From Felis catus (lineage: Eukaryota), in NCBI RefSeq assembly GCF_018350175.1, contig NC_058368.1, forward strand, positions 3,782,001 to 3,846,000: a stretch of DNA of 64,000 bases, given 5' to 3'. Position numbers and translations under genes: made by a program. Below the pieces are notes generated by a model that was not told the DNA's origin, did not search any database, and saw only the letters and a list, made by a program, of their open reading frames with translations. Shown one piece after another: positions 12,972 to 24,753 of this stretch. The stretch's first letter is position 1. Each line of letters begins with the position of its first letter.

Positions 12972-13191
12972 GGGGCGTCTGGGTGGCTCAGTTGGTTGGG
13001 CAGCCAACTTCCGCTCAGGTCATGATCTTGCGTTCCGTGGGTTTGAGCCCCACGTCAGGCTCTGTGTTGACAGCTCAGAGCCTGGAGCCTGCTTTGGATT
13101 CTGTGACTACCCACCGCCCCTCGCTGCCCCTCCCCCACTCGTGCTCTGTCTCACCTTGTCTCTCAACAATAAATGTTAAAAAATTTTTTTA
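12972..13191 (+). mobile_element. CAN-SINE inserted in the tail of a - strand SINE
   Basis: Full head and body; flanked by aaa(a/c)atttatttatttat repeats. Confidence 0.93.
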
Positions 13192-13407
13192 GGGGCGCCT
13201 GGGTGACGCAGTCGGTTAAGCGTCCGACTTCAGCCAGGTCATGATCTCGCGGTCCGGGAGTTCGAGCCCCGCGCCAGGCTCTGGGCTGACAGCTCGGAGC
13301 CTGGAGCCTGTTTCCGATTCTGTGTCTCCCTCTCTCTCTGCCCCTCCCCCGTTCATGCTCTGTCTCTCTCTGTCCCAAAAATAAACGTTGAAAAAAAAAT
13401 TTTTTTA
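13192..13407 (+). mobile_element. Young felid-type CAN-SINE inserted in the tail of the preceding SINE
   Basis: CpG-rich, near-consensus (gacgcagtcgg, ttcagccaggtca, aaacgttgaaaaa); TSD-like aaaaatttttt(t)ta. Confidence 0.95.
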
Positions 13408-13604
13408 AACATTTATTTATTTATTTTGAGAGAGAGAGAGAGAGAGAGAGGAGTAGAGAGAGAGGGAGAGAGAAACTCCCAAGCAGACTCCACACTGTCA
13501 ACACAGACCCCCGACGCAGGGCTCGAACTCACAAACCGGGCATTCTTGACCTGAGCTGAAATCAAGAGTCAGAAGCTTAACTGACAGAGCCACCCAGGTT
13601 CCCC
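13408..13604 (-). mobile_element. CAN-SINE (outer host; rest of its tail lies at ~12938-12971)
   Basis: (GA)n, cccaagcagactcc...gagccacccaggttcccc. Confidence 0.92.
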
Positions 13605-13629
13605 ATCCAATTTTAATTCTAATACTAAT

Positions 13630-13850
13630 ATCAGCTAAAGCTTGTTGAGTGCTCACGAAATATCAAGCTCCTTCCTAAATGCTTTACATGGATTATCTCT
13701 TTTAGCACAAATAATAACTATTTCCATTTTACGGATTAGGAAACTGAGGGACAGAGTGTTAAGTAACGTTTCCAAGGGGCAGAACTGTTCCATCCACCCA
13801 AGCAGTCTGGTTCCAGAGCCTGGAGTCTGGCTTTTAAACACTTAAACGCT
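13630..13850 (-). mobile_element. MIR
   Basis: MIR core ccattttacggattaggaaactgagggacagagtgttaagtaac. Confidence 0.85.
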
Positions 13851-16179
13851 ATTGCTCCATCCAGGGGCTCATGTGGATATTCAGGTCACGTCCAGGTTAA
13901 AAGGGGAATTTGGAGACCCTTCCCCAGCTACAAATGGACAGCGTCCATGGAGCTTGTTCTTTCTTGCACAGACTATAGGTAACCTGCCCGCACTTGACCA
14001 TGCTTGGTGCAGCAGCCTGATGACAGTCACACACATGAGCAGAAGGGAGAAATGGGGTAAGTAAATCATACCCTTGGGAGAAGGAGAAAAGACCCAGAAG
14101 GAAAAGCAGACTGTTGAGATGTTGTACAAACATTTAACCAGTGCTCATAACCCCAGAGATGACGGACGGGACCAAACCCACATGTGTTTTTTGTAGATGG
14201 CCATTTCTCAGAGGAAAATGATGGATCTTAACTGGAAGTACTTTCTTCTCGATCTCATAAGCTTCTCTTACCTTCAAGTCAGCAGTTTTTGATGGGGTTA
14301 TTCCCACGGGTGTCAGAGAAAGACTGAGAAACTCATTGAATTTAACAGCTAGAAGAAGGTCATGAATGGGGATGGTTGCAGCGAATTAGCGAAGGTTGAA
14401 GCGGGTGTCAGTGGACTCGGGAAAAGAACACTCTTAGACTCCCATTTATAGGAGAGGGAGAAAAATAGCTCTTAGCTAACTTTAAGAGCTAAGTGAGGAA
14501 TTAGATTAGCAATAGATGTTTTTAAATTTTTGAATATAAGTAGCGTGACAAAGGCTGTAAAGAGGGAGAAGATGAAATAATAAAGAGGGCCAAAGCTCAA
14601 GGAATCAAGGGCACATGGATGGCACAGGGAGAAGCCATTTCCCCCACTGACACTGACGAGAAGGGGTTGGCCAGGAATAACATGGGTAAGAGGCCGAGGT
14701 ATTGTCCACCCATAGCTTTTATTTTCCCTGCGACGTCTGCAGGGCTCAGGCAGTATTCACTGATTTCAATGGTATTCATTGGAGGCTGAAATACTATTTT
14801 GAATTTCAAATGAGGTATCCTGACATAAGTACGGGGTGGGGGGAGACAAAGTTGGCCAAGACGTTGTCCAGGACAAGAAGGGACAGAAAAGACCAGTAAA
14901 ATGGCGCCATTTAAGATCATTTATGTTCAATACTTTGTTAAGAGAAACACAATTTGAAAATCTCAACGTAAAATCACTAAGTTGCTTCCCATTCTGCACA
15001 TATCTGAATAGCCATGTCAGATCATTGCTACCATCTATAAATTATTTTTGCCATTTAAATTATTTTGCCAAATTCAGATGAAAACAGAGATATTCCTTCA
15101 GTTCCTACGTCCTGCAGTCTGGTGATCTGAGTTGAAAGGCATGCACAGATAAAAGAATATAAACATTTACAAAGAAACAAAAACGAAGGAAATAAGGAAG
15201 GAAGGGAGGGAGGGAGGGAGGGAGGGAGAAACTGAAAAGCAACGTTCCTTAAAAAAATAAACATAGACGTTTATAGGATATTTGTTTGTGATATGTGTAT
15301 GTGTATAGGATATGTTTGTGATATTTGATATCAATATATCAATATCAATATATTTGACATTAATATTTTTGCCTCATTGTGGCATGCAAAACTTTTGACA
15401 TCCATCTGACAGATGAAAATAACATTTTTAAAGGGCTGTGTTTTTTTCAAACATCAGAAGCAACGGAATTTAATGGTGAAGCGTATACTGATTGAGGATA
15501 TAAGACAGTTTTCGTTTTCAACTCTCACACTGAGCCTGTATCCAAAGCCGGAACAGCTGCTTTGGTGAGAGTAACTCCAAAAATCTTAGGTTTCAGGATC
15601 ATCAAACACAGAAATCTTAATCATGCGAACAAATCAATCGTAACTGCAGCTCTGACACGTTCATTTCAAAATACTCACAACGAAGTCCTTCTAAGTGAGA
15701 GGCAATAAATAAATCTCTGTTTGACTTGAATGAAGTCTTGCTCATGACACACGCTCCTTTTCTGCTGAGTAACTTTCCAGATTATAAAAAGTTTTCAAAG
15801 ATGCCGACTCCACCAAAGCCGACATACATTCATAGCTTAAAATAGATGTTAAATTTTTTACCCCTCTAAGTTAAAGTTTTAATGAATAATAAATACTGTC
15901 CCTTTTCAGTTGTTTTTTTTTTGCAGTTTTTATGCACATGCTATTCCAAGAGTCCTTGAACTTATAGTGTCCTAATAACTATTAGCTTTATCAACCCTCA
16001 CACCACATATGTTTGAACAGATCCGATTTCTGCCAAACCTCCCCAGTTACTCGCTTCACTACGATCAACACCGATGCTCATGCCCCTTCCTCAGGCCTGG
16101 TTTATACTGTGATGTGAAGTTACAGAGCTTCCTCCTCAATGATGGTGAAGATGAGGCTGCCTGTTTATAAGAGACAAAA

Positions 16180-16330
16180 ATTATCAGCATTTGTTGCATG
16201 ATTCTGTGCTAAGAACTGAGCTAACTTTTTTACACAGATTAGCAGTCCTGACGACAACCATTAGTAGAATCTCCATTTCACAGATTAGGAAATTGAGACT
16301 CGGGTTAGTTACCTGCTTCTTGAGAGACAC
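16180..16330 (-). mobile_element. MIR
   Basis: ctccatttcacagattaggaaattgagactcgggttagttacctg. Confidence 0.75.
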
Positions 16331-16399
16331 TCCTACAGAGGCTGTATCCTCTCTCATACCTGATGACCCCACTGAAGAAATGAAATCAACGAACCAACC

Positions 16400-17130
16400 A
16401 AACCGTAAGGTCCGTTCTCATTCCACCCGATATCTGCACACATATGCTTAGTCCTTCTCTGGATACAAAGAGAGAAGTTTCTCTGATCCTTTTGAAACCC
16501 AGTCTTTCCACTTAAGCCCTGGATCCTTAGCCCTCTCGCTTTCTCAAGAAATATATGCAGCCATTAAATTCTCTTCTGCATTATTTTATTTTATTATTTT
16601 ATTTTATTTTATTTTAGAGAGAGAGAACATGCAATGCACATGAGCAGGGGAGAGGGGCAGAGGGAGATTGAGAGAGAGAATCTTAAGCAGGCTCCACACT
16701 CAGCACAGATCCCAATGCGGGGCTCGATCCCATGACCCTGGGAACATGACCTGATCTGAAGGCAAGAGTCAGACACTCAACTGACTGAGCCACCCAGGTG
16801 CCCCATCTTTTCTGCACCCGTTTTTACCGGATCATTCCCATCAGCATACAGACCTGCTCTCTTACCTCCCAACTTTGCAGACATCTTCCTTGGCCTCTTG
16901 TTCCCCTCTGGCGATACCATCCCAAACTTCTGTTCTTTCCTATATCAAATTCTCCAACGAGTTGTCTATATTGAACACCTCAGTTTCCCCTCTTTCACTC
17001 ACTCTAGTCTGGCTTGTGGCCTTGCAGCTTCTCAGACTCGCTCATCTATAGTCTCCATGTAGCCCAAGTGCAGTGGGTCTCTCGTTACCTCAATCTACTT
17101 GGCCTCTGGACCTGCCTTGGAAGTTAGCCA
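16400..17130 (+). mobile_element. L2 fragment interrupted by a SINE
   Basis: gccctggatcc..., ggatcattcccatcagcataca, actctagtctggctt; pyrimidine-rich L2 ORF relic. Confidence 0.6.
16582..16804 (-). mobile_element. CAN-SINE
   Basis: (ATTTT)n tail, body ending cacccaggtgcccc; TSD-like ttctgca. Confidence 0.93.
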
Positions 17131-17489
17131 ACAGCAGGATTCTGGAGGAGTCTATGTCCCCAGGAAAGGCCTCAGCATCACGTGTAGTGGCTATGAACAT
17201 AAACACGAAATCTTTCCACGTGGAATATATTTTATAACTCTGTCTAGTCATAGATTCTGATTTCCTTTCATGCCTTTGTGAAAAGCTCAATCTAAAATCT
17301 ACTAACCCAGGAACCTATGCACCATAAGAGATTCTTGCTTTAAAACCTCTCTCAAAGACACTCAACATGTTGCATACATTCAATCTGAAAATCATGATCA
17401 TGTTAAATTCTGCCAACCCTCTTCCCCCACAAAGGCCGTTGTGTTTTTACATCTGGAGACAGAGGAGGGTATATATATATTCTGCAATC

Positions 17490-18115
17490 GAATTGCACTT
17501 GGGTAACTACCCAGTCGTAGAATTGTTGGGTCACATGGCATTTCTTCTTTCAATTTTTTCGAGGAACCTCCACACCGTTTTCCACAGTGGCTGCACCAAC
17601 TTACAGTTCCCAACAACAGTACATGAGAGTTTCTTTTTCTCCTCATTCTCAGCAACAATTGTTATTTCTTGCCTTTTAAAGTTTAGACATTCTGACAGGT
17701 GCAAAGTGATATCTCACTGTGGTTTGGATTTGCATTTCTTTGAGGATTAGCGAGGTTGAACATCTTCTCATGTGTCCGTTGGCCATCTGGATGTCCTCTT
17801 TGGAAAAATGTCTATTCAGGTCTTCTGCCCTGAATTTTAAAATCAGATCGTTTGTGTTTTGGTGTTGAGTGGTACAAGTTCTTTATATATTTTGGATACT
17901 AACCTCTTATCGGCATGAAGGAGTCCTGGGAATAAAAGTTACAGCATTAGGGAATATAGCCAATGATATTTTAATAATGTTGTATAGGAACAGATGGCAG
18001 CTAAACTTATGGTGAGCATAACATAATGTGTAGAGAAGTTGAATCCCTGTTACATACCTGAAACCAATGTCACACGTGCCAACTATGTTCACATTTAAAA
18101 ACTGAAAAACAAAAT
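17490..18115. mobile_element. Carnivore L1 with an antisense ORF2-end segment (~17490-17910) joined to a sense 3' end (~17911-18115)
   Basis: Antisense gaggaacctccacaccgttttccacagtggctgcacc...; sense tacagcattagggaatatagccaat...acctgaaaccaatgt...A-rich end. Confidence 0.8.
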
Positions 18116-18679
18116 CTCAGCTGAGACAAAAATTATACTACCCACCGGGAGCTTTGAAATACCCTATTTTACTTGTAAAAAGCAAGGCAAAAATATTTAC
18201 CATTGGGGTCGAGATCTCCACGCAATGAACTCTTTTGGATTGTCTTGTATTCTGGTTGTGCCTAGACTGGCTTTTGCTTTTTGGTGCATTCCTCCCTTGC
18301 CAGCCACTCCTATTTGTGTAGTTATATGGTAAGGTCTCCAAACAATTCAGCCCAGACACTGAGATTCTCTTGTGCTCACAAATTCTTAAAAGAATACTGT
18401 GTGTCCAGCTACTCTGTCCTTACACAATATGTCAATACGAGAATATATGTTGTCTTTAAACATGGCTAATTTTTCCTCCAGTTTCCCCTGCAATTGGCAC
18501 ATGGAACAGAATATTGCCACTAGAAAATAATCTTCATACTTTCTACCAGAAGCATTGGGGGAAACTGTCTTCCTCCTTCCTGGAGTTGTTAATTAGGATA
18601 ATGCAGATCCTGCCCAGAATAGGAAGACGCCTGTGTTATCTCTTTCTTAACAGATAAAACCTATACAAGGAAACAAACC

Positions 18680-19560
18680 AAGCAGATGGAGAGACCAGTA
18701 AAAATCCTTTCCCTTAGGGAACTTTTAGGGAAGCTTCTAGTGAAACATAAAATAAAGATAAGTAAATCTATAAGGGCATATATAGCAATAAGTAGTAAAG
18801 AAAAAACACAAGCAGGGAAGAGTTGGGTGAGAACAGCGTGGCTATTTGATAGAATTCCCTGGGAAACTGCATTTGAGAAAGACCTCAGTGAAGTAAGGGA
18901 TGACGTGCGTGGCTATCCCTCACTTTTCAGGGAGAAGAATTGCAAGTGCGAAGGCCCTGGGAGGGAGGGAGCCTGGTATGATCAAGGAACAGCAAGCCGG
19001 CCAGTGTGGCCACGGCACAGTAAGCAAGGGAAGCAAGGCAGGCATGGGGTTGGAGAGGTCATATGACATAAGGTTGATGCAGGGCCTCATAGCCCTATTG
19101 GAATGACCCGGCTTCACTCTGAACACGGTGGGAAGCCAATGTCCCGATTTAAATACAAAGATGGCAGTGATGTGACTTACGATTTTAAAGGATCACCCAG
19201 GCTACTGTGTTACGAGCAGACCACAAGGAGACGAGAACAGAACTGACTGGTGAGGAAGCAATTTTAATAATCCTGGCAAAGGAGGGAAAGGAACTTTACA
19301 GCAGCAGGAGGGAAGAAGGGAAGGGATGGAATTCTGCGATATATGCTGAGGGTAGAACCAATTCGATTTGCACCTAATAACCATTGGGTTGGGTGTGAAG
19401 CATGAGCTAAAAATGAAGGCTCGGGATGACTCCAGCGTTTTGCTGGTGACACTGGCTTTTTGTCCGTTGACTTGCTTGTTTGTCCGGTTTGAATGGCTGG
19501 AGGGATGGCGTTATAATTCATTGAAAATGGCAAAGTATTCAGAAGGAAAAATACATTGCT
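18680..19560 (-). mobile_element. L2 3' region
   Basis: gcaagtgcgaaggccctgg...gggaagccaatg...ttttaaaggatcacccaggctactgtg...ggtagaaccaa. Confidence 0.8.
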
Positions 19561-20789
19561 AAATGAGTTGGTGTAGTCCTATTCCATTTCATTAACCAAT
19601 AAAAATGTTACCAATTATCCTCTGCTCTACAGGGAAAAACAAGAAATACATGCTGTCCTTTTCCATGAGGAATTCATGATCTAATGGAAGACTGGACATG
19701 TAAGAGTGTGTTTCAAATAATTTATCCTCTATCAGCAGGAGGAAATCTGTTACCAAGAAGAGAAGTGAATTTATTACCCCACAGAATATGACTAAACAAA
19801 ATCATCCCCCTGTCCCCACTTACTAGGACAAAGTGATGTAACGAGGTTCTATAATAGTAAGTGAAAAGTCTAAAATATCATCATCCTGAGCAGGTCCTGA
19901 AGCCAAATTCTAAGTTTGGGTCAGTGTGGTCACATCACCTCCACCCCAAAGCAGGTAAGCAGATGAATGTTCGTGAAGAGAGCTGGGTTGACAGAATAAT
20001 TCTATCGTTATTTGTTCAAAATTCTCCTTTGTCTTGAAGCATCAACTCACTGCGAGAACCCAGGCAGGCAAAAGATCTAGCAGTAAATCAATTGAGAATA
20101 AATGGACATGTTCTCCTGAGCACGGTGGTTCGGCAAACTGGAGGAAAAGTGTTGACCATAAAACTCAAATACCTTATCATCACTCTGGATGCACTGTTGG
20201 TTTTGGAATCTTTCCCTAAAATGTTAAGAATTTAGATTCAAGGAGAACATGAGAAGTATGATCACATACTTAATTTCGAATCATCTCTGTGTGGCATCTT
20301 TTTAAAGTGGTACATATAATGTCATACAGTGTAGACATTCTAAACTTTACCCACAGTTTTCAGAAATATAAAACTTTTCTTTCCAATGTATATAGACTTC
20401 AGTTTACTCATCTTCAATCCGAGCTGAGTGGTTTTGTGTGGATTATGCAAATACTTTGCATCTTTAATTTCCTCCTGTTGCTAAATTTGGTCGGTTCTAA
20501 AATTTGTGATATCTCTACATGTACACTAAAGAGAACAGGATCAAATGCAACTTATAAATGTTCTCAGCAAAATGGCTTCGCAGGTGGAAAGCTGAAAGAA
20601 TTGCGCAATTAGAGATTTTTGAAACTACACGAGTTCCTGATGCAGTCCCCAGGCACACAAATCAAATTGGAATTTACCGAGTCCTGCCTACCTGTGGTAA
20701 AGGAAGAAAGCTTGATAGGGAAAAAATGTTGAGGATGCTAGTGAAGTTCCAAGGTGCAAAGGTACCATGCGGGTGGCAGGAAGGATAGA

Positions 20790-21040
20790 CAGATTGCAAC
20801 GTGATCTGAGTTGTAATCCATTTGCATTATTACTTAGCAGTGTAAACTTAAGGAACTTCCATAAACTTTCTGAGGCTTAACCTTACAGATAATGAAATGG
20901 ATTGCTGTATTGAAGGTAATGGTTATAAAGACCCTAGAAATACAGATACAGCAATCAGTAGTTATTGTCAATATTTTGGTATAAACGTTGGCACAATCAT
21001 GGCAGCCTCTGGTCAAGAAAACTGTTAAGTGAGGAATGCA
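20790..21040 (+). mobile_element. MIR
   Basis: ttacttagcagtgtaaacttaagg...ctttctgaggctt...aatgaaatggatt. Confidence 0.6.
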
Positions 21041-21329
21041 GTTTTGGGGGGCTAAGTAATTCTAGAGGAATGAGAGAGATTTCATGTTTGTCAAGGACTC
21101 TGCCTTTCTCCTTTCTATTTTCCAGATGCAAGCACTCTTTAAATCCAGACGCTTAAGAGCAGAGTCAGTGGTTCACTAATTACTTCTGCCTACTACATGA
21201 TTTTTCTTTCACATACAAATGTGAGTAGAATAATAAATCTACGTTCTAAATGACAGGTGTCCCTGTCTGGAGGTGTCCCTGTCTGGAGGCTACCATATTC
21301 ATACTCACTCCGTTGCCTCACCATAGATA

Positions 21330-21560
21330 CTGAAATCTCAGTCTCTATCCAGAAGGCACTGCTCTCAGCAGAAATCCAAGTTCACTCAATCCCTGCACTC
21401 CACTTAGTTTTCATCCTAGCATTTGTTATTCTTTGAAAGTATGGTCTCGCCCGTTCAGTTGTCTGTCTCCTACCCACTAGCATGTAACTCTAGGAGAACA
21501 GGGGCTTTACTGTCTAGCGAACCACCGGATTTCTAGAACCTGATGCGAGATGGGCATCAT
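21330..21560 (+). mobile_element. L2 3' terminal fragment
   Basis: tgtctgtctcctacccactagcatgtaactctaggagaacagggg...ttctagaacctg. Confidence 0.65.
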
Positions 21561-21586
21561 GCCACTATCAGGGCCATCACCTGCAG

Positions 21587-23160
21587 TGTGACACTTACAG
21601 ACACTCCTCCCTTAGTGGTGATGAGAAACCACAGCAAAGACAGAGACCGATTGACCTGCAGACGCTCGGGATGCGCTATTGATTCATGACGCACGTCAGA
21701 ATCACAGGCATTAGGTGAGATGATGTCTCAAGTTCAGCTCACAGGATTAACGCAGCCGAACCCTATCTTATTGAAACATCACTCACGGTTCTCTCTCATT
21801 TTTCTCTCTCACATCACTATAGTAACCATATCCCATAACAATGGCAGGGCGGGGGAGGGGGGGTAAACTAGGAGGGAAGGAGAAATGGGCGTTCCTAGTT
21901 GTCTTGGTGAGGGGTCTCCTCTCTTGATCTCTGGGTTTTTTGCGGTGTGGAGGTGTACAGGGTCAGAAAGTCAGCTCTGAAGGCCCAGATGGCGCATGGA
22001 GCACTAGACACATGGGCACAACTCATAGACCCTACACGGAGACATGAACACGGTGAAGAATCCCGTGACGTCCCTTCCTTGATTGCTATTTATCTAAGTA
22101 GAGGCCAACTCATCCTGGCTTCAGCGCACGTGCTGGGTTTCAGATATTGTCTGACCCCTCGCCCTCCTCCAGAAGTATTTCTGGGAATTACTGGGGATGT
22201 GCCACCTTCTCTCAGAACTGGCCGGCCACCAAAACCATCTGCTGTTCTGCCTGGCCGGGCGCCGCACCTGCCGGAGTTGCCGTGACCCGGCGCGGAGGGG
22301 GTGGTGGCCCCCGTGGCAGCGGCCTGCCCCCCACACCCACCTGCCTTGGACCCTGACATTCTTTGCCAGGGGCCACCGTGGCTCTGACTGGCTCTGTGGC
22401 CACCGGACGTATAGATGACCACTAGATACGGGAGTGGGCGCAGACACTTCTTGGCGACCCGCCCTGGAACTTGTCCTTAGGATCCTCCTCCCACTACTGC
22501 TCCGGGTGCTCCCCCGCCTGCACCCTGCCTTGGCTGAAGCCGTGAGATGGCCAGTGTGCGACTGCCAGACCGCGGCTAGTGCCCTGTCCCCTTCTCACTC
22601 GCACATCCCAGAGCAGGCATCCTGTGCCTCCGAGCTCCTGAGGTCAGTACTTCAGTCCTTTCTATTTTTTAACAGCCCTCACCATCCCCCTAATCCCAGA
22701 CCCGCATTCAGCTGGCCCGGGGACATGTTCAAGCAACCACCACCACTGTCAGCCTTCTTACTCCTCCCACCAGGGAAGCTGGACGGCATCAGTCTCACAA
22801 GCCTGGGTCATTCTGGGCTGGCTTCTCTCCTGGAAGGTCCTACAGCCATACCCTCCCGGCCCACAAAGAGATTCTTGGCAGGCAACCCCCCACAAACTCA
22901 ATGACCCTCAGCCATGGACGTGGCTTGAATTCTTTCTCAGGTGGCTCCACGGGGCTTCCACAGAGTCTTCTCCCAGAGACGACTGTGCCGCCATTTTGGC
23001 AAAAATGTTCAGGAATTCCCGAACTCTAGTAGTGGGAGTCAAGGGGTTGCGTTCCAACCCGGGAAACTCACTGGGGAGACTGGAGGAAATCTGGCTCCAC
23101 AGAGCGTGTGGGATCAGTGTCCCATACCACCGGACAGCCAGCCTCCCAATAACTCGGACA
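21587..23160. mobile_element. Putative ancient LTR-like element (possibly a mammalian Gypsy-type LTR), GC/CpG-rich
   Basis: GC-rich block bounded by tgtga (21587) and ggaca (23160), which fit TG...CA termini; internal gggaattactggggatgtgcc resembles recalled MamGyp/LTR8x motifs; no TSD seen. Confidence 0.35.
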
Positions 23161-23849
23161 TATTTGAGAGTATGCTTCTGAAAGTCACCCTCTGTCTCTA
23201 AACAGCTTGATGGAAAATAACTTATAAGTTGCAGGACATTAAAGGAAGAGAGACTCAGGAGACTAGGAGACAAGAGAGACTTGTATCCTAGTGCATAAGA
23301 CATAGATCTGTAACAAATGTTTGCAGATGAATAAAGGAACTAACCAAGTCATTATTTTCAGTATGATAATTGAATAATCTATAGCGGAAAGGATTTTCAA
23401 ACAAGTTAAAGAATGACCACCTGATGTATGAATGAAGCGAGAGAGATCGAAGGCATAACAGCCTTGGGTAGAGGAAATTCTCAGAACTTCTGAGAAAGTG
23501 CTTTGGCCGATAATTACTCTCATACATACATATCAAAGAATAATGTGGTGAAATCTAAACTTCTCTGACAGTGGAGTAAAATATTTTGAGATGCCGTTTA
23601 AGAGATATTCACAAAAGAACCTGTAATTATAAAATGGATAGAACAGTGTTACAGAAAATCAGAGTACCTCATGTCATATGGTGTTTTGAGAGTTGTAAAA
23701 CCTTAAAATAGTGACTGAGTCCCAGTAGGTGTTTTGGATATGTTGAGTGATAGTAATAGTAAAGAGAATAGTATAAGCACTTAAATTCAGCAAACCTTGA
23801 GAAGTACCCGTTTGAAACCGTAATGGGTTAAAGAAACATTTATCAATCA

Positions 23850-24330
23850 CCTGCGATGTGCCCACTCTGTATAAAATACTGGAAATCGAGAGATGAATGA
23901 AACATCGTTTCTGCCTCCAAATGTAGTGGTGAGGTAATTATAAATAATTAAATGGCAACACGGGAGGAGGCAGAGTGGAGGTGCTTTCAAAGCATGATGG
24001 GGACAGAGGAGGATGAACTACTTTACTATCGACTTCTAGACTCTAACTCCCTCTAGAAGAGAACATAAGGTTTTCCTAGAGCTTTGAAGAGCAGGGGAGG
24101 AGTGGTTTTCCAAGCAGAGAAAACAGATGTTAAAAAAAAAACCCTGGAAGCAGTGTGTATACAGTGGACTCATTGCAATTCCAGTTTAGAACACACAGGG
24201 CGATGCCCTCGGGTAAGATGAGGAAGATAGCGATGTTAGACCGTGAACGGCCCCGTGAGTTAGAATTTTTCTTGTAGGTGATGTAGAACCATCAAAATTT
24301 TGAAGTATGCCATAGCCTAAAATATAAGAT
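23850..24330 (-). mobile_element. L2 3' fragment
   Basis: aaacatttatcaatcacctg...gagatgaatgaaacatcgtttctgcctcca...tttccaagcagagaaaacag. Confidence 0.65.
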
Positions 24331-24332
24331 AC

Positions 24333-24620
24333 TTTATTTTATTTATTTATTCGTATTTTTTTAAGTTTCTTTATTTTGAGAGGGGGGCGGGCAGAGAGAT
24401 GGAGAGAGAGAGAGAGAGAGAGAATTTCAGGCAGGCTCCGTGCCGTTAGCGCGGAACCCGACGCAGGGCTCCAACTCACCAAGTGCGAGATCATGACCTG
24501 AGCCAAAAACAAGAGTCAGACGCTCAACCGACAGAGTCACCGAGGCACCCTTATCTTATTTTATTTTATTTCTAGAGAGAGGGAGTGCATGCTCACGTGC
24601 ACGCAAGTGGGGGAAGGACA

Positions 24621-24662
<42 letters not shown>

Positions 24663-24753
24663 CTTAAGCAGGCTCCGCACTCAGCTTGGAGCCCCGTCCC
24701 ACAACCCTGGGCTCATGACCTGAGCTGAAATCAAGAGTCGGACCAGGTGTCCC
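24333..24753 (-). mobile_element. Two adjacent CAN-SINEs (24333-24550 and 24551-24753)
   Basis: Two T-tail/(GA)n/body units; the second lacks part of its head. Confidence 0.9.
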
